Origin: Chiloscyllium plagiosum | Taxonomy: Eukaryota | Direction of reading: 5' to 3' | NCBI RefSeq assembly: GCF_004010195.1 | Contig: NC_057760.1 | Span: forward strand, 4,494,488 to 4,555,268 | DNA length: 60,781 bases | Shown: one piece after another, positions 1 through 13,113 of the stretch | Numbering within the stretch: the first letter of the stretch is position 1 | Layout of the letters: every line of letters begins with the position of its first letter | Notes under the pieces: generated by a model | Database searches by the model: none | Seen by the model: the letters and a program-made list of their open reading frames with translations, nothing else | What the model was told of the DNA's origin: nothing | Position numbers and translations under genes: made by a program

Positions 1-244
1 GCAATCTTCTTCCCGACCTCTCCGCCCCCACCCCTTCTCCGGCCTATCACCCTCACCTTAACGTCCTTCCACATATCGCATTCCCAACGCCCCTCCCCCA
101 AGTCCCTCCTCCCTACCTTTTATCTTAGCCTTCTTGGCACATCTTCCTCATTCCTGAAGAAGGGCTTATGCCCGAAACGTCGATTCTCGTGCTCCTTGGA
201 TTGCCTGACCTGCTGCGCTTTTCCAGCAACACATTTTTCAGCTC
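1..244 (+). mobile_element. Penelope-like element terminal repeat, family A (truncated by the window edge)
   Basis: The same repeat recurs at 25242, 39256, 40517 and 60567 and contains a hammerhead-type core. No ORF is present, so the Penelope call rests on the ribozyme motif and the inverted arrangement of other copies. Confidence 0.7.
149..185 (+). ncRNA. Minimal hammerhead ribozyme motif (family A)
   Basis: CTGAAGA (154-160), stem II gggc-ttat-gccc, GAAA (174-177), palindromic ACGT in place of stem III, and a GTC triplet (179-181). Stem I is weak (attc/gatt). Confidence 0.6.
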
Positions 245-245
245 A

Positions 246-395
246 TGTCTGACTTACATGTGGTTTCAGAGCCATATGACTGGCTCTCAACTCCCCTCTA
301 AATGACTGAACTAGCTGTTCAGTTCAAAGGCAAATTGGATAGATAATAAATGCTGACCTCATCTACAACATCCACATCACATGAATGGATAACAG
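246..395 (+). mobile_element. Decayed SINE-like fragment sharing both the 5' region and the 3' tail of the CR1/L2-group LINE
   Basis: 246-325 resembles 23485-23566, and 325-390 resembles the LINE tail at 53869-53940. Confidence 0.55.
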
Positions 396-2047
396 GAAAC
401 AAAAGCTGTGGTACCTAGAACTAGCTATGGTGGCTCCTTGCCCCCAGCCTCTGTCACCTCTCTCTCATTCAGCACTGAGCAAGATAGAGAAATCTAATAG
501 GAAACATACATTGCACTCAGCATTATAGGATTCAGAATTGCAGTTATCTGAATGGATATTTGCAAAGAACAATTTTCTTTTGTTTGGTGTGTGGACTAAA
601 AATGAGAGAAGAGACACCTTTAAATTGAGAAATCTGAGAAAGAATGTTTGCAGCTATTAAAACCAAATGGGTGGAGCACATTGTGAAATGTTGAGGAAGA
701 ATTTCAGATGGAATGGAACTGCCTGTGTGTGTTTAGGGCCACTTGGCCCAGAAACAGTTCTTTGATTAGTTTTTCAATTGGAGCCAGTTATTGTGGGTTC
801 AGCGTAGTAACAACTACTTGATTGGTTCCTGGGAAGGTGGTTCCACCCATGTGTGTGGGCAATACAGGAGACTGTGAAGAGAAAGAATCCATCTCTCCTT
901 CACCATCTTTTTTCTGTGCTGAGTAGCTAACTATTCTCCTCACTTTTCTCTAAACTGTTTTCTCTGGAAATCCCTGGTTGAAACGACCAATGGAAAAACC
1001 ACCTTCAGAGGCACTGAAAAGGTGATTCCTCAACCAGCGAAAGAAAGACTGAGAATTGGTTGTAGCCACAATCTCATATCATCAGAAAAGAAGCAGAAAC
1101 AATTGAAGGGAATAAAAGGGACCCAAAAGGAAACAACTCGCTAAAGTCTGTGATTTGGACTGGTGCCAGAATTGTGCTACTTTATTCATTCATTCCCCAC
1201 CCCTAACACTTGTGTCTTCTCTCTTTCTGCATCTGTATGGAAATTGTAAAAAGTGGCAGAGTTTAAGTTTAGAGTTTTGCAACTTGACTTGTCAGCCTTT
1301 TGCCATTGGCTAAAAGGAGTTTGATTACAAGTTATTTTTTATTAATTGAAAATAAATCTGGTCTGCACAGGCTTGCCATCAGAATTAGACTGTTTGATAA
1401 AATTAATCAATTTTTCACATATGTATTGATTCCAAGAATAGTGGATCTTGACGTTCATTGCACTGCCCCAGTACATAGGTAATAGACTAATATTAATTGA
1501 CAATACAACGAGCTAAAGCTCTGTTAGAAACTGTCAGGTGTGAAACATTTGAAAACTTCAGGAGCTGAAGTTCAACTTAAAAATGTGTGGATTTTGTGAA
1601 AGGGGAATTCATGTGTTGATCAGGGAGGAGAATGGCAACTCACTGATTCTTTAACTTTCTTCATATGTATCTACACCCAGTACCAAATTCTGGAAATGAA
1701 TTAATTAAACGCACACTGAAAATTGCATTCCAACATTCTAGCAATGTGAAGACCCACCTTGTTTGAAATAAAACAAAAACATCTTTATTTGCCCAGTTCA
1801 GCTGCTGAGGAAAGCTGCTGTCTTTCATCCTCAAAACTAAGTCATTAAATTGAGTGCTTAAAGTCTTTTAATAAAATCACAACTCCCAGAAAGTACTAAT
1901 TCCTGGATCATGTGATCAGTGCTCAGATTTCAGTATTTGTATAAAATTCTTTTGTTCAGCACCTGTGACCAAACGCTACTGGCCTGTTAGCTCAATAAAA
2001 ACCCCTGACCAGTCCTCAATGTTCCAGCTCTTACTCCAAAACAACAC

Positions 2048-2212
2048 CGACTCTGTACAGTTATAGTGAGTGACCTTTACTCTATTGAATAAATGCTGAC
2101 GTTATACAGTTATAGTGAGTGACCCTTACCTTGAATAAATGTTGAATCTGTACAGTAACACAATGAATAGCCCTTTCCCTGCTGGATACACACTGACTCT
2201 GACACAGTGAGT
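2048..2212. repeat. Minisatellite, ~50-bp unit, about 3 copies
   Basis: Repeated tacagttatagtgagtgaccYttac...ttgaataaatgYtga. Confidence 0.75.
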
Positions 2213-2214
2213 GC

Positions 2215-2428
2215 ATGAAGCAATGTGGTGGAGGCAGATTCAATGGAAGGTATGAAGAGGCAGTTACACTGTCACATGGTGGAAGAGTGGATAAGAATGA
2301 TGAGCAGGGCTATGGGGAGGGGATGGGACTGTAACTCTGGCTCAAGGTGCTCATTCTGAAAGCCAGTACATATACAAGGGCCTAGTGTCCTCCCCCTGCA
2401 CTGTAATAACTCTCTGATTCTATTGATG
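2215..2428 (+). mobile_element. Old CR1 LINE 3' fragment
   Basis: gtggtggaggcagattcaat...cagggctatgggga...ctgtaataactctctgattctat resembles other CR1 3' ends in the window. Confidence 0.5.
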
Positions 2429-2583
2429 TGGGTTACTGATCCAATTCTGATCTAACTTGGGGTTCGAGACTGGGTGTAGCTTGGTTATTCCACCAGGTGA
2501 CAAGCTCACTAACTGATCCACTGTGGGTATGACCATGTGGTTTGGGAATAGTTTTGTCCGTATGCATTATGGAAATGTCTGAC

Positions 2584-2686
2584 CTGGTGTCACAGGACAT
2601 TGAATACATTCGGTCACTCCCCAGCCAACACCTCCTCCTTGGCAGCAACGTTCGACTGTCCGCAGGCCGGTCAGTGGGGAAGAACA
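2584..2686 (-). CDS. LTBP4: LTBP4-like exon: rest of the hybrid (TB-like) domain (CSSPLTGLRTVERCCQGGGVGWGVTECIQCP)
   Basis: Acceptor ttatcatttcag| and donor CAG|gtcaga; 103 nt, phase 0-1, in frame with the preceding exon. Matches recalled LTBP4 CASPLPGLRTQEVCCRGAGLAWGVHDCQLC. Confidence 0.94.
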
Positions 2687-3069
2687 CTGAAATGATAATA
2701 TCGAGACAAGAATAACTTCTGGGCAAGCCAGAACCTTGAAGCTTAGGTAAAAACAAAAGTCACTGAAAGTACACGGCAGCTCGGGCAGAAGGGAAGAGCG
2801 TGAGTTAGTATTGTAGCTCAGCGACATACCCCAAAAACTCATACTTTTCTCCTCAGTGACTCTCCCAGAAAGCTTCAGCCCATTTGTCAAACATTTCATT
2901 AATTTGAGGAGAAGTGGCTGTTGTAACAAATATATCAGCTCCTTGATGAGCAAGCTTCCACTCCGGGCTGAGATGAACCAACAGCTTGGTTCTGGTTAAG
3001 GGAAGAAGGTTGACACCAGGATTTCTCCAGATTGAGCTGAGGCCATAAATCCTTGAACATTCACAAGAC

Positions 3070-3792
3070 AGACATTTTGACAAAACTAACAAGGCAAGGG
3101 AGTACACACTGAATGGTAGGACCCTAGGATGGACAGAGAATTAGAGAGACCTTTGTCTGCATTTGCATAGATTCTTGAAGGTAGCAGGAGAGACAGGTAA
3201 GGTGGTTAAGGAGGCATATGGGAAACTTGCCTTTATTAGTTAAGGGGATTGTGGTGGAGTTGCATATGAGTTAGATCACAGCTGGTGTACTGTGTGCTGT
3301 TCTGGTCACCAAGTTATAGGAAGGACGTGATTACATTAGATGGGGTGCAGAGGAGATTCACCAGAATGTTGGATGGGCTGAAGTGATTCAGCAACAAAAA
3401 GAAAGTAGATTGGCTGGGGTTGTTTTTCTTAGAGCAGAGAAGGCTGAGGGGCTTTGGCTTGAGGTGCTTAAAGCTCTGAGGGGCATAGACAAGGTAGAAA
3501 CCTTTCCCCTTCAGAGAGGGGTCAATAACTTGAGGGGAGCACATTAAAGAAGGAGCAAGGGACTTGAGGAAAAATATTTTCACCTAGAGGGTGGTGTGAG
3601 TCACTGCCTGAGAGAGTAATAAGGCAGGAACTCCAAGACATTGAAGAAGATTCAAATGAGCAGTTGAAACACCAAAGCAGACAAGGCTATGGACCAAGTG
3701 CTCGAAAATGAGAATGGAAGAGATGTCTGCTGGATGGTCAGCGTGGCCAAGATGGGCTGAAGGATCTGGATGCTGTAAAAACTCTGATTATG
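3070..3792 (+). mobile_element. CR1 (HER1-like) LINE 3' fragment
   Basis: Degenerate ORF2 C-terminus (ttctggtcacc, aggagattcaccagaatg, aggctgagggg) and 3' UTR. Confidence 0.85.
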
Positions 3793-4063
3793 ACAAACAG
3801 GATTCAATCTCTCAGCGAAAGTAAAGGTTAACTGTTATTGATCAATGGGGTAAGTCACTGTCTGACACCAAGAACATTGCACAGTGACAAAAGCCAATGA
3901 ACAGAGAGAGGTGGGAATGGACCTCTGGATAGGGGTTAATACCTCCCTCCCAAAGAGAGCTTGGTGGCAGCTTTCTTCTTGCTTTCACTCTGATTAAAGC
4001 TTTCTCATTCTGTTATTGACTGAAATCCTTCATCTGCTCATTAATGGGTTTGATCCTGCCAGT

Positions 4064-7012
4064 GAACAAAGAACAAAGAAAATTTACAGCCCAGGAAGAG
4101 GTCCTTCGGCCCTCCAAGTCTGAGCCGATCCAAACCTACAGTCTAACCTGTTGCCCCATTTCTAAGCATCTGTATCCCTCTGCTCCCCACCTACTCATGC
4201 ATCTGTCCAGACGCAACTTAAATGATTCTACTGCGCCTGCCTCTACCACCTCTGCTGGCAACACGTTCCAGATGCCCACTACCCTCTGTGTGAAGTACTT
4301 GCCGTTTGTATCCCCCCTAAACTTTCCACCTCTCACCTTGAAAGTGTGACCTCTTGTTATTGAATCCTTCACCCTGGGAAAAAGCTTGTCTCTATCCACC
4401 CTGTCTACACCCTTCATGATTTGGTAGACCTCAATCAGATCCCCCCTCAATCTCCTTTTTTCTAATGAAAATAAACCTAATCTACTCAACCTCTCTTCAT
4501 AGCTAGCACCTTCCATACCAGGCANNNNNNNNNNNNNNNNNNNNNNNNNNNNNNNNNNNNNNNNNNNNNNNNNNNNNNNNNNNNNNNNNNNNNNNNNNNN
4601 NNNNNNNNNNNNNNNNNNNNNNNNNNNNNNNNNNNNNNNNNNNNNNNNNNNNNNNNNNNNNNNNNNNNNNNNNNNNNNNNNNNNNNNNNNNNNNNNNNNN
4701 NNNNNNNNNNNNNNNNNNNNNNNNNNNNNNNNNNNNNNNNNNNNNNNNNNNNNNNNNNNNNNNNNNNNNNNNNNNCTTTCTCCATTTCGAGAAACTCCCT
4801 TCAACTACTACTCTCTGTCTCCTGTTGCTCAACCAGTCCTTTATCCACCTAGCTAGAACACCCTGCACACCATGTGACTTCACTTTCTCCATTAGTCTAT
4901 TTTGGGGAACCTTATCAAATGCCTTGCTAAAGTCAATGTATATGACATCAACAGCCCTTCCTTCATCTAACAACTTGCTCACTTCCTCAAAGAACTCTAT
5001 TAAGTTGGTAAGGCACGATCTCCCCCACACAATACCATGTTGCCTACCACTGATAAGCCCATTCTTTTCTAAATATAAATAGATCCTATCCCTCAGTACC
5101 CTCTCCAGCAACTTCCCTACTACTGACGTCAGGCTCACTGGTCTGTAGTTACTGGAATATCCCTACTACCCATCTTGTACGGGGGACAACATGAACAAAC
5201 TTCCAGTCCTCCAGCAGCTCACCTGTATTTAAGGATGCCACAAAGATATCTGTCAGGGCCCCAGCTATTTCCTCTCTTGCCTCCCTCAGCAACCTGGGAT
5301 AGACCCCATCTGACCCCTGGGGATTTGTCCACCTTAATAACCTCTATCCTACCCAACACATCTTCCCTACTTATGCCAACGTGATCCAGACTAATCAAAT
5401 TTCTATCTCTAATCTCAACATTCATCATATTCCTCTCCTCAGTGAACACTGATACAAAGTAATCATTCAGAATCTCACCCATTCTCTCAGGTTTGACACA
5501 CAGCCTTCCTTCATTATCCTTTAGTGGACCAATCCTTTCTCGAGTTACCAGCTTGCTTCTTATATAAGAATAAAATTATTTGGAATTCTCCTTAATTCTG
5601 CTCACTATAGCTATTTCATGACCCCTTTTAGCCCGCTTGATTCCTCATTTAAGACTGGTCCTATTCTTCTGATATTCCTCCAGGGCTCGTTCTGTTCTTA
5701 GCTGCCTGGACCTTATGTACGCTTCCCTTTTCCTCTTGGCTAGTCGTACAGTTTCTCCTGTCATTCACGGTTCATGAATCTTGCCTTTCCTATTCTTTGC
5801 CTTCAACAGGACATGCCTATCCTGCACTATCTTTAACCTATCTTTGAAAGCCTCCCACATCTCAAATGTGGACTTCACTTCAAATAGCTGTGTCCAATCC
5901 ACATTTCCGAGCTCCTGCCTAATTTTGATATCTAAAACTTACAGAATTGTGGTCACTGTTCCCAAAGAAATCCCCCACCGCATCTTCTACCACCTGGCCT
6001 GGCTCGTTCCCCAGTATCAGGTCCAATATGGCCCCTTCCCTCATTGGACTATTGACATACTGATCTAGAAAACTCTCCTGGATGCTTCTTACAAATTCTA
6101 CCCCATCCAGACCTCTGACGTTAAATGTATCCCAGTCAATGTTGGGAAAATTAAAATCTCCCATCACCACTACCTTATTGCCGCTACATCTTTCCATAAT
6201 GTGTTTACCTATTTGTTCTTCTACCTCATGCTCACTGTTGCGAGGCCTGTGATACAGCCCCAACAATGTCACTGCACCCTTCTTATTTCTCAGCTCCACC
6301 CATAATGCCTCACCACCCAAGACTTCTATAGTGTCCTCTTTTAGCACAGCCGTGATATCGTCCCTGACCAGCAATGCAACTCCACGCCTCCTTTTACTTC
6401 CCTCCCTGTCCTGTCTGAAGCGTCTATATCCTGGAACATATAGTTGCCAATCATCATGCCCTTCCTTCAACCAAGTCTCTGTGACTGCAATAATGTCATA
6501 CTCCCAGGCACCAATCCAAGCCCTAAGTTCATCTGCTTTACATACTGTACTCCTTGCATTAAAGTAGATGCATTTCAGATCACCAGTTTTTTTGCGTTCA
6601 TCTGCTCTCTGCCTACTCTTCCCTTTATTAATGCTATCTTCATAACTCTTACGGTCTCCAGTCTCCACCTCACTGCCTACTTGTTTTCTCTTCTGATTCC
6701 CAGTCCCCTGCCACATTAGTTGAAAACCTCCCCAACAGCGGTAGCAAAAACTCCCCCAAGGACATTGGTTCCAGTCTGGTTCAGATGTAGACCACCCATT
6801 TTGCAATAGTCCCACCTTCCCCAGAACTGCTCCCAATGTCCAACAAATCTGAACCCCTCCCTCCTACACCATCTCTCAAGCCACGTGTTCATCCTGCCTA
6901 TTTTTTCATTTCTACCCTGGCTAACACGTGGCACTGATAGTAATCCCGAGCTCAGTATCTTTGAGGTCCTCCTCTTTACCTTCTCTCCTAGCTCCCTGAA
7001 TTCTTCTTCCTG
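4064..7012 (-). mobile_element. CR1 LINE, long copy: end of ORF1 (esterase-like), APE endonuclease, RT and 3' tail; frameshifted and partly deleted
   Basis: ORFs 6716-6934 (GLHLNQTGT), 5919-6836 (YFNARS, VTETWL, MGDFNFP, SDHN), 4503-5138 (SCLTNLIEFFEEV, IDFSKAFDKVP) and 4136-4804 (RRLRGDLIEVY). A (gaacaaa)n tail lies at 4064. Confidence 0.95.
4525..4775. other. Assembly gap
   Basis: Run of N. Confidence 1.
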
Positions 7013-7084
7013 CTATTAATGCAGCAGGAACTGAGAGTTGGCTCAACAACGTGGACCAAACCTGCACAACATCATCTCTGGGCT

Positions 7085-7468
7085 CCAATTGGGTACTCTT
7101 TTGAACAAAAGTGCTCAGTGCCTGGGATTGAGGGACTTGGCACCAAAACATCCTCATCAAATATCAGCACCTTCCAAACCCACAACCACTTCCATCTAGA
7201 AGGACAACGGCAGCAGATACATGGGATCATCACCACCTTCAAATTCTCTCCATCCCACTCAACGTCTAGATTTGGAAGTATATCACCATCCCTTCAGTGT
7301 CGCTGGGTCATAATCCTGGAATTCCCTTCCTAAGGGCATTGTGGGTCAACCCGCAGCACATGGACTGCAGCGGTTCAAGGAAACAGCTCATATCCACCTT
7401 CTCAAGGGGCAACATTAAATGCTGTCCCAGCCAGCAACACCCACATCCCACAAACAAATTTAAAAAAG
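7085..7468 (+). mobile_element. 3' fragment of the second (CR1/L2-group) LINE family
   Basis: Similar to 53610-53943 (ccacttccatctagaaggacaa...ggttcaag...ccaccttctcaaggg...aaaaaa). Confidence 0.8.
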
Positions 7469-7759
7469 ACAAAGGGGTCTGCTCAGAATCATCCCCACTA
7501 CTGCCAACCCCCTGTCCACTCCATCTCCAAGTGTCACCTCCCTAGACGTCACTCACCAGTGCCTGGAATCCAGTGCTGATCCTAAGCATCAGGACGAAGT
7601 TGTACCAGAAACATCCACTGCTTGTCTACTGTGGATTCCAGTATTTGCAGTTCTCTTTGTCTCTGTCATCCTTAAGAGCTGCCAGTCACTGGCATTGGCT
7701 AGTAACGCACTTTCAAAGAAAGATTTAGGATTTTTCCCCACAACTCTCAGACCAATAGA

Positions 7760-9750
7760 AGGACATGGATGATGGTAAGATTTGGGAAGGGTATGTTGAT
7801 ATTCTAGGGCATATCACTATTAAAAAGGAAGCAATGCTGGTTGTCTCGAATAACATTAAATTTGAGAAAGCCCCAGGGGCTGATGGGATCTACCCCAGGA
7901 TATTGAGGGAGAAGAATTCTGGGACCTTGACAGAAATCTTTGTATCCTCTTTAGCCACAGGCGAGATCCCAGAAGATTGGAGTATAGTCAATGTTGCTCC
8001 TTTGTTTAAGAAAGGTAACAGGGATAATCCTGGAAATTATAGGTAGGCGAGCCTTACATCACTGGTTGGGAAATTATTGGTGAAGATTCTGAGAGACAGG
8101 ATTTACTTGCATTTGGAAAAGAATGGACTTATTAGGGATAGTCAACATGACTTTGTGTGGGGGGAGGTCTTGTCTCACAAATTTGATTGAGTTTTTTGAG
8201 GAAGTGACAAAGGTGATAGATGAGGGAAAGGCAGTGAATCTTGTCTATATGGACTTTATTATAGAATCCTTACAGAGTAGAAGCAGGCATTTCAGCCCAA
8301 CAAGTCCACACTGATTCTCCAAGGAGTATCCCACCCAAACCCATTCCCCTACCCTATTACCTTGTATTTACCATGACTAATGCACCCTAACGTACACATT
8401 CCTGAACACTATGGGCAATTTAGCATGGCCAATTCACCTGCCCTGCACATCCTTGGACTGTAGGAGGAAACCAGAGCACCCAGAGGAAACCCGCATAGAC
8501 ACGGGGAGAATGTGCAAACTCCACACAGACAGTCGCCTGAGGATGGAATTGAACCTGGGTCCCTGGTGCTGTGAGGCAGCAGTGCTAACCACTGGGCCAC
8601 CGTGCCTTACAAAACATTTGAAAAGGTCCCTCATGATAGGCTGGTCCACAAGTTTAAGTCACATGGGATCCACTATGACTTGGTAAGTTGGAAACAAAAT
8701 TGGCTTGTTCATAGAAGACAGAGGGTAGTTGTGTTTTTCTGTCTAGAGGTCTGTGACCAGTGGTGTTCCACAAGGATTAGTGCTGGGACCTTTCATGTTT
8801 GTAACATATATATAAATGATTTGAATGAAAATGTAGGCAGTCTGATTACTAAGTTTGCAGGTGACATGAAAATTGGTGGAATTGTAGATAGTGAGGAAGG
8901 TTGTCAAAGAGTACAGCAGGAAAGAGATCAGATGGAAAGTTAAGCAGAGAAATGGCAGAAGGAGTTTAATCTGGATAAGTGCGAAGTGATGTATTTCAGG
9001 AGGGCAAATACAATGGAAATGTATACAGGAAATGATAGGATCCTTTGATGCATTGAAATACAGAGGGATCTTGGGGGCAAGCCCATAGCTCCCTGTAAGT
9101 GGCAACACAAGTGGATAACAGGTAAAGAAGGCGTAGGTATTCTTGCCTTCATCAGTCAGTAAATTGTGATGCAGCTGAATAAAACTTTAGTTAGACCACA
9201 TTTGGAGTATTATGTGCAGTTCTGGTCACCACACTATGGGAAAAATATTGAAGCTTTGGAAAGGGCGCAGAAGGGGTTTACCAGAACATTGCCTGGATTG
9301 GAGTATATTAGCTATAAGGGGAGGTTTAAAAAACTTGGATTGTTTTCATTAGATTGTCAGAGGCTGAGGGGCAACCTGATAGCAATGTAGAAAATTGTGA
9401 AGCAGAGATAGGGTGGGTAGTCAGTGTTTCTTTTCCAGTGTAGAAATATCAATTACTCGGTGGCATTGGTTTAAAATGAGAGGGGAAATGTTTAAAGGAA
9501 ATATGGGGGGGCAAGTCTTTGTTTACACAGAGTGTGATGGGTACCTGGAAAGCATTGCCAGGGAAGGTGGTAGAAGCAGAGATAACAGAAACACTTAAGA
9601 GACATTTAGACAGACACATGAACTGGCAGAAATAGAGTGATATGGACCATGAGCAGGCAATTGGATTAGTTTAGAATAGCATCATGGTCAGCACACATTT
9701 GGTGGGGCGAAGGGCCTGTTCCTGTGCTGTACTGTTGTATGTTTTAACAG
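7760..9750 (+). mobile_element. CR1 LINE ORF2 (RT) relic interrupted by a SINE
   Basis: KAPGADGIYPRILRE, PGNYR, SCLTNLIEFFEEV, YINDL, LVRPHLEYYVQFWSP and a 3' tail. Confidence 0.92.
8258..8606 (-). mobile_element. HE1-like tRNA-derived V-SINE
   Basis: A/B boxes, V-domain (tggagtttgcacattctccccgtgtct...) and a CR1-like tail. Splits the host YMDF/SKAFDK motif. Confidence 0.9.
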
Positions 9751-9805
9751 TAGTGTGCTCCAAGCTGGCATCACACCCAATGCCAGTTGTAAAGCAGTTT
9801 CCTAC

Positions 9806-10062
9806 CTGTCCACTGGTGATTTCAGTAAAGCAGTACCCAAACACAGACTCTGCATCCAATCGGGGGTCAGCAGTGAGAGGCCCCTGGCGCTCCTGTGGTG
9901 TCCGGTTTTGTGGTTCTCTCTGAGATGGTGGCTCCTGGACGTGGAGCTGAGCAGAATTTGTGTGTTTCTCTCCGACCACTTGTGTGACCTGATGAACCTT
10001 CACTGAGACTTCAGGAGGATGCTGGACTCGGAGATTAACGATTGACGGAATCAGTCGGTCTG
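9806..10062 (-). CDS. LTBP4: LTBP4-like exon: SIVNLRVQHPPEVSVKVHQV linker and start of the hybrid domain (FGYCFTEITSGQ)
   Basis: Acceptor gattccag|cag| (tandem) and donor CAG|gtagga; 257 nt, phase 1-0. HPPEASVxxHQV is a conserved LTBP motif and FGYCF matches recalled LTBP4. Confidence 0.94.
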
Positions 10063-10724
10063 CTGGAATCAGCACATTATTTGCAGTTAGAGATCACCGT
10101 CCAATGGGGAGTGCAGCAATAAATCAATGTGCAATGACGGCACAGGGTAATGAATGACTGTGTAATGAAGGAGCAGAATAAAGGACAATATCCAATGGGA
10201 GAATAGAGGAATGAATCATTGACCAATGGTGTCAGAAATCAGACAGTACCATCCCTTGGGAGGATGGCTCACCTGTGGCAGGGCTGTGAAAGAAAGATTA
10301 AGGGTAAATTTTCCAATACAATTACATCAGTTATCAATAGGGTTGTTTGGTGCAGACAGGGAAGTGAGGAATATCAAATAAAATTGGAAACAATCAGGAA
10401 ACCTATTTGAAAGCTACTGATTCTGAGACAGGTAAAGATAAAGGGAGATGGTGAAAGAGTGGGAATAATCAATGACAAAATGGATGAGCTAATTCTATTT
10501 TCTCTTCTAAGAATTGGGATTGCTGTTAGATTAGACCATAAACTTTTAAAGCTGAAACTAGCGTACACTAGACTACATACTGACTGATGATCCTCAGTCC
10601 TCTCTCTTGTACACATAGAAAGCTTTTCTAATTCCATAGGATACGCAGCACAGACACAGGCCATTCAGCTCAGTCTCTGCAGATTTGATTCAAACCTCCT
10701 TCCATTTTTTCTCATCTCAAACTT

Positions 10725-11215
10725 GAAAGGGCTCAGAAAAAACTTACAGGGATGTTGCCAGGATTGGAGGGTTTGAGTTATAGGGAGAGGCTGAACAGGC
10801 TGGGGCTTTTTATCCCAGAAGTATTGGCGGCTGAGAGTGGCCTTATAGAGGTTTATAAAATCATGAGGGGCATGGATAGGGTGAATAGTCAAGGTCTTTT
10901 TCCCATGAAAGAGGGAGTCCAAAACTAGACAGTATAATTTTAATGTGAGAAGGGAGAGATTTAAAAGGGACCTGAGGGGCAATGTTTTCACACAAAAGGT
11001 GGTGCATGTATGGAATTAGCTGCCATAGGAAGGGGTGGAGGTGAGTACAATTGCAACATTTAAAAGGCATCTGGATAGGTACATGAGTAGGAAGGGTTTA
11101 GAGGGATGTGGGCCAAATGCTGGCAAATAGGACTACATTAATTTAGGATATCTGGTTGGCATTGATGAGTTAGACAGAAGGGTTTGTTTCCATGCTGTCC
11201 AAATCTATGACTATA
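10725..11215 (+). mobile_element. CR1 LINE 3' fragment
   Basis: aggatgttgcca...ggctgagagtggccttatagaggtttataaaatcatgagggg and a tail ending ctatgactat. Confidence 0.9.
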
Positions 11216-11219
11216 GTAT

Positions 11220-13113
11220 GTAAATGTACCTACCAGAGAAGGAGCAAACCTCGATTTTCTCTTGGGAAATTAAGTAGGGCAAGTGACTGAAGTGTTAGTA
11301 GGAGAACACTTTGGGACAAGTGATCATAATTCTACTAGTTTTCAAATAGTTATGGAAAAGGATAAGTCTTCCATAAAAGTTTAAGTTCTTAACTGGAGTA
11401 AGGCCAACCTTAATAGTATGAGACAGGAACTTTCAAACGTTGATTAGAGAAGACTGTATGCAGGTAATGAGATAACTGACAAGTAGGAGGCTTTCAAAAG
11501 TGTGATAATGAGGGTTCGGAGCCATCATGTTCCTGTTAGAGTGAAGGGTAAAACTGGTAAGAGTAGGGAACAATTGATGAATAAAGATATTGAGGTTCTA
11601 GTTCTTTTGAAAACAGTTCACATTACAGAAGAAAAGTTGCTGGGGGTCTCAGAAAACAACAAATCTCCAGGATCTGACCAGGTGAATCCTAGGATGTTAG
11701 GGAAGAAATTGTGGGGCCTCCAGCAGAAATATTTGTATCAGTGATAACCATGGGTAAGGTGCCGAAGGATTGGAGGGTGGCTAAAGTGCCTTTATATAAG
11801 AAAGGCTGTAATAAGGAGAAGCTTGGGAAATATGGACCTGTGAGCCTGATATCAGTGGAGGGTAAGTGGTTGGAGGTGAATCTGAAAGATAGGATTTACA
11901 TGCATTTGGAGAGGCAATGACTGATTGGGGATGGTCAGCATGGTTTTGTGTGAGGGAAATTATGTTTCACAAACTTGGTTGAGTTTTCCGAGGAAGTATA
12001 AAAAACAGTTGATGATGGTAGAGGGTAGGCGTTGTTTACATGGTTTTTAATAAAGCCTTTGACGAGATTCTGCATGGTAGATTAATTAGTAAAGTTGGAT
12101 CACATAGGATTCAGAGTGAACTTGTTAAAGAATACAAAATTGGCTTTATGGTAAGAGACAGAGTGTGGCGGTGGAGGGTTGTTTCTCTGACTGGAGACCT
12201 GTGACCAGTGGCGTTCCACAGGGATTGGTAATGGGTCCACTTTTGTTTGATATTTATATAAATGATTTAGATGAGAATATAGGAGGCATGGTTAGTAAGC
12301 TTGCAGATGACACAAAAATGGTGGACAGTGAAGAAGGTTATCTATAATTACAAAGAGATCTTGATCATTTGGGCCAATGAGCTGAGGAGTGGCAGATGGA
12401 GTTTAATTTGGATAAATGTGAGGCATTGCACTTTGGTAAAACAAACAAGGGCAGGACTTATACCATTAAAAGTAGGGCCTTGGGTTGGGTGGTAGAACAG
12501 AGAGACATAGGGGTTCAGGTACATAATTCTTTGAAATTTGCATCACTGGTAAACAGGGTAGTTAAAAAGGTATTTTGCACAATTGCCATTGTAGCTCAGA
12601 CCTTTGACTATAGGAGTTGGGATGTCACGTTGAGTTTGTACAGGACAGCGTGAAACCTCTTTTGGAGTACTGCTATAGGAAGGATATTATTAAGTTGGAG
12701 AGGGTTCAGAAAATATTTACTAGGATGCTGCCGGGAATGGAATGTTTGTGGTATAAAACTAAGTTGGGACTTTTTTCACTGGAGTGTAGGAGGTTGAGGA
12801 GTGACCTCATGGAGGTTTATAAAGTCACGAGGGGCACAGATAAGATGAATAACAAGGGTCTTTTTTCAGGATGGAGGAATTCTGTGGAGAGGAGAAAGTT
12901 TTAAAAAGGACATGAGGGGCAACCTTTTTTTTATGCACAGGGAATGGTTTGTGTTTGGAATGAACTTCCACAGGGAGTGGTGGATGCAGGCACAGTTACA
13001 ACATTGGAGAGACATTTGGATAAGTTCATGAATAGGAAAAGTTTGGAGGGATATTGATCAAACATAGGCAGGTGGGACTAGTTTAGTTTGGGATTGTGGT
13101 CGGTGTGGACTAC
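11220..13113 (+). mobile_element. CR1 LINE ORF2 relic (its extreme 3' tail continues at 14040-14090)
   Basis: [56 protein letters not shown]. Confidence 0.92.

Noticed and set aside
580..1490. Possible solo LTR (similar impression at 47560-48125)
   Set aside because: No verifiable TG...CA ends, TSD or second copy.
4064..7012. Intact, active LINE
   Set aside because: Frameshifts, stops, an internal deletion and 5' truncation; no retroelement in the window has a complete ORF.
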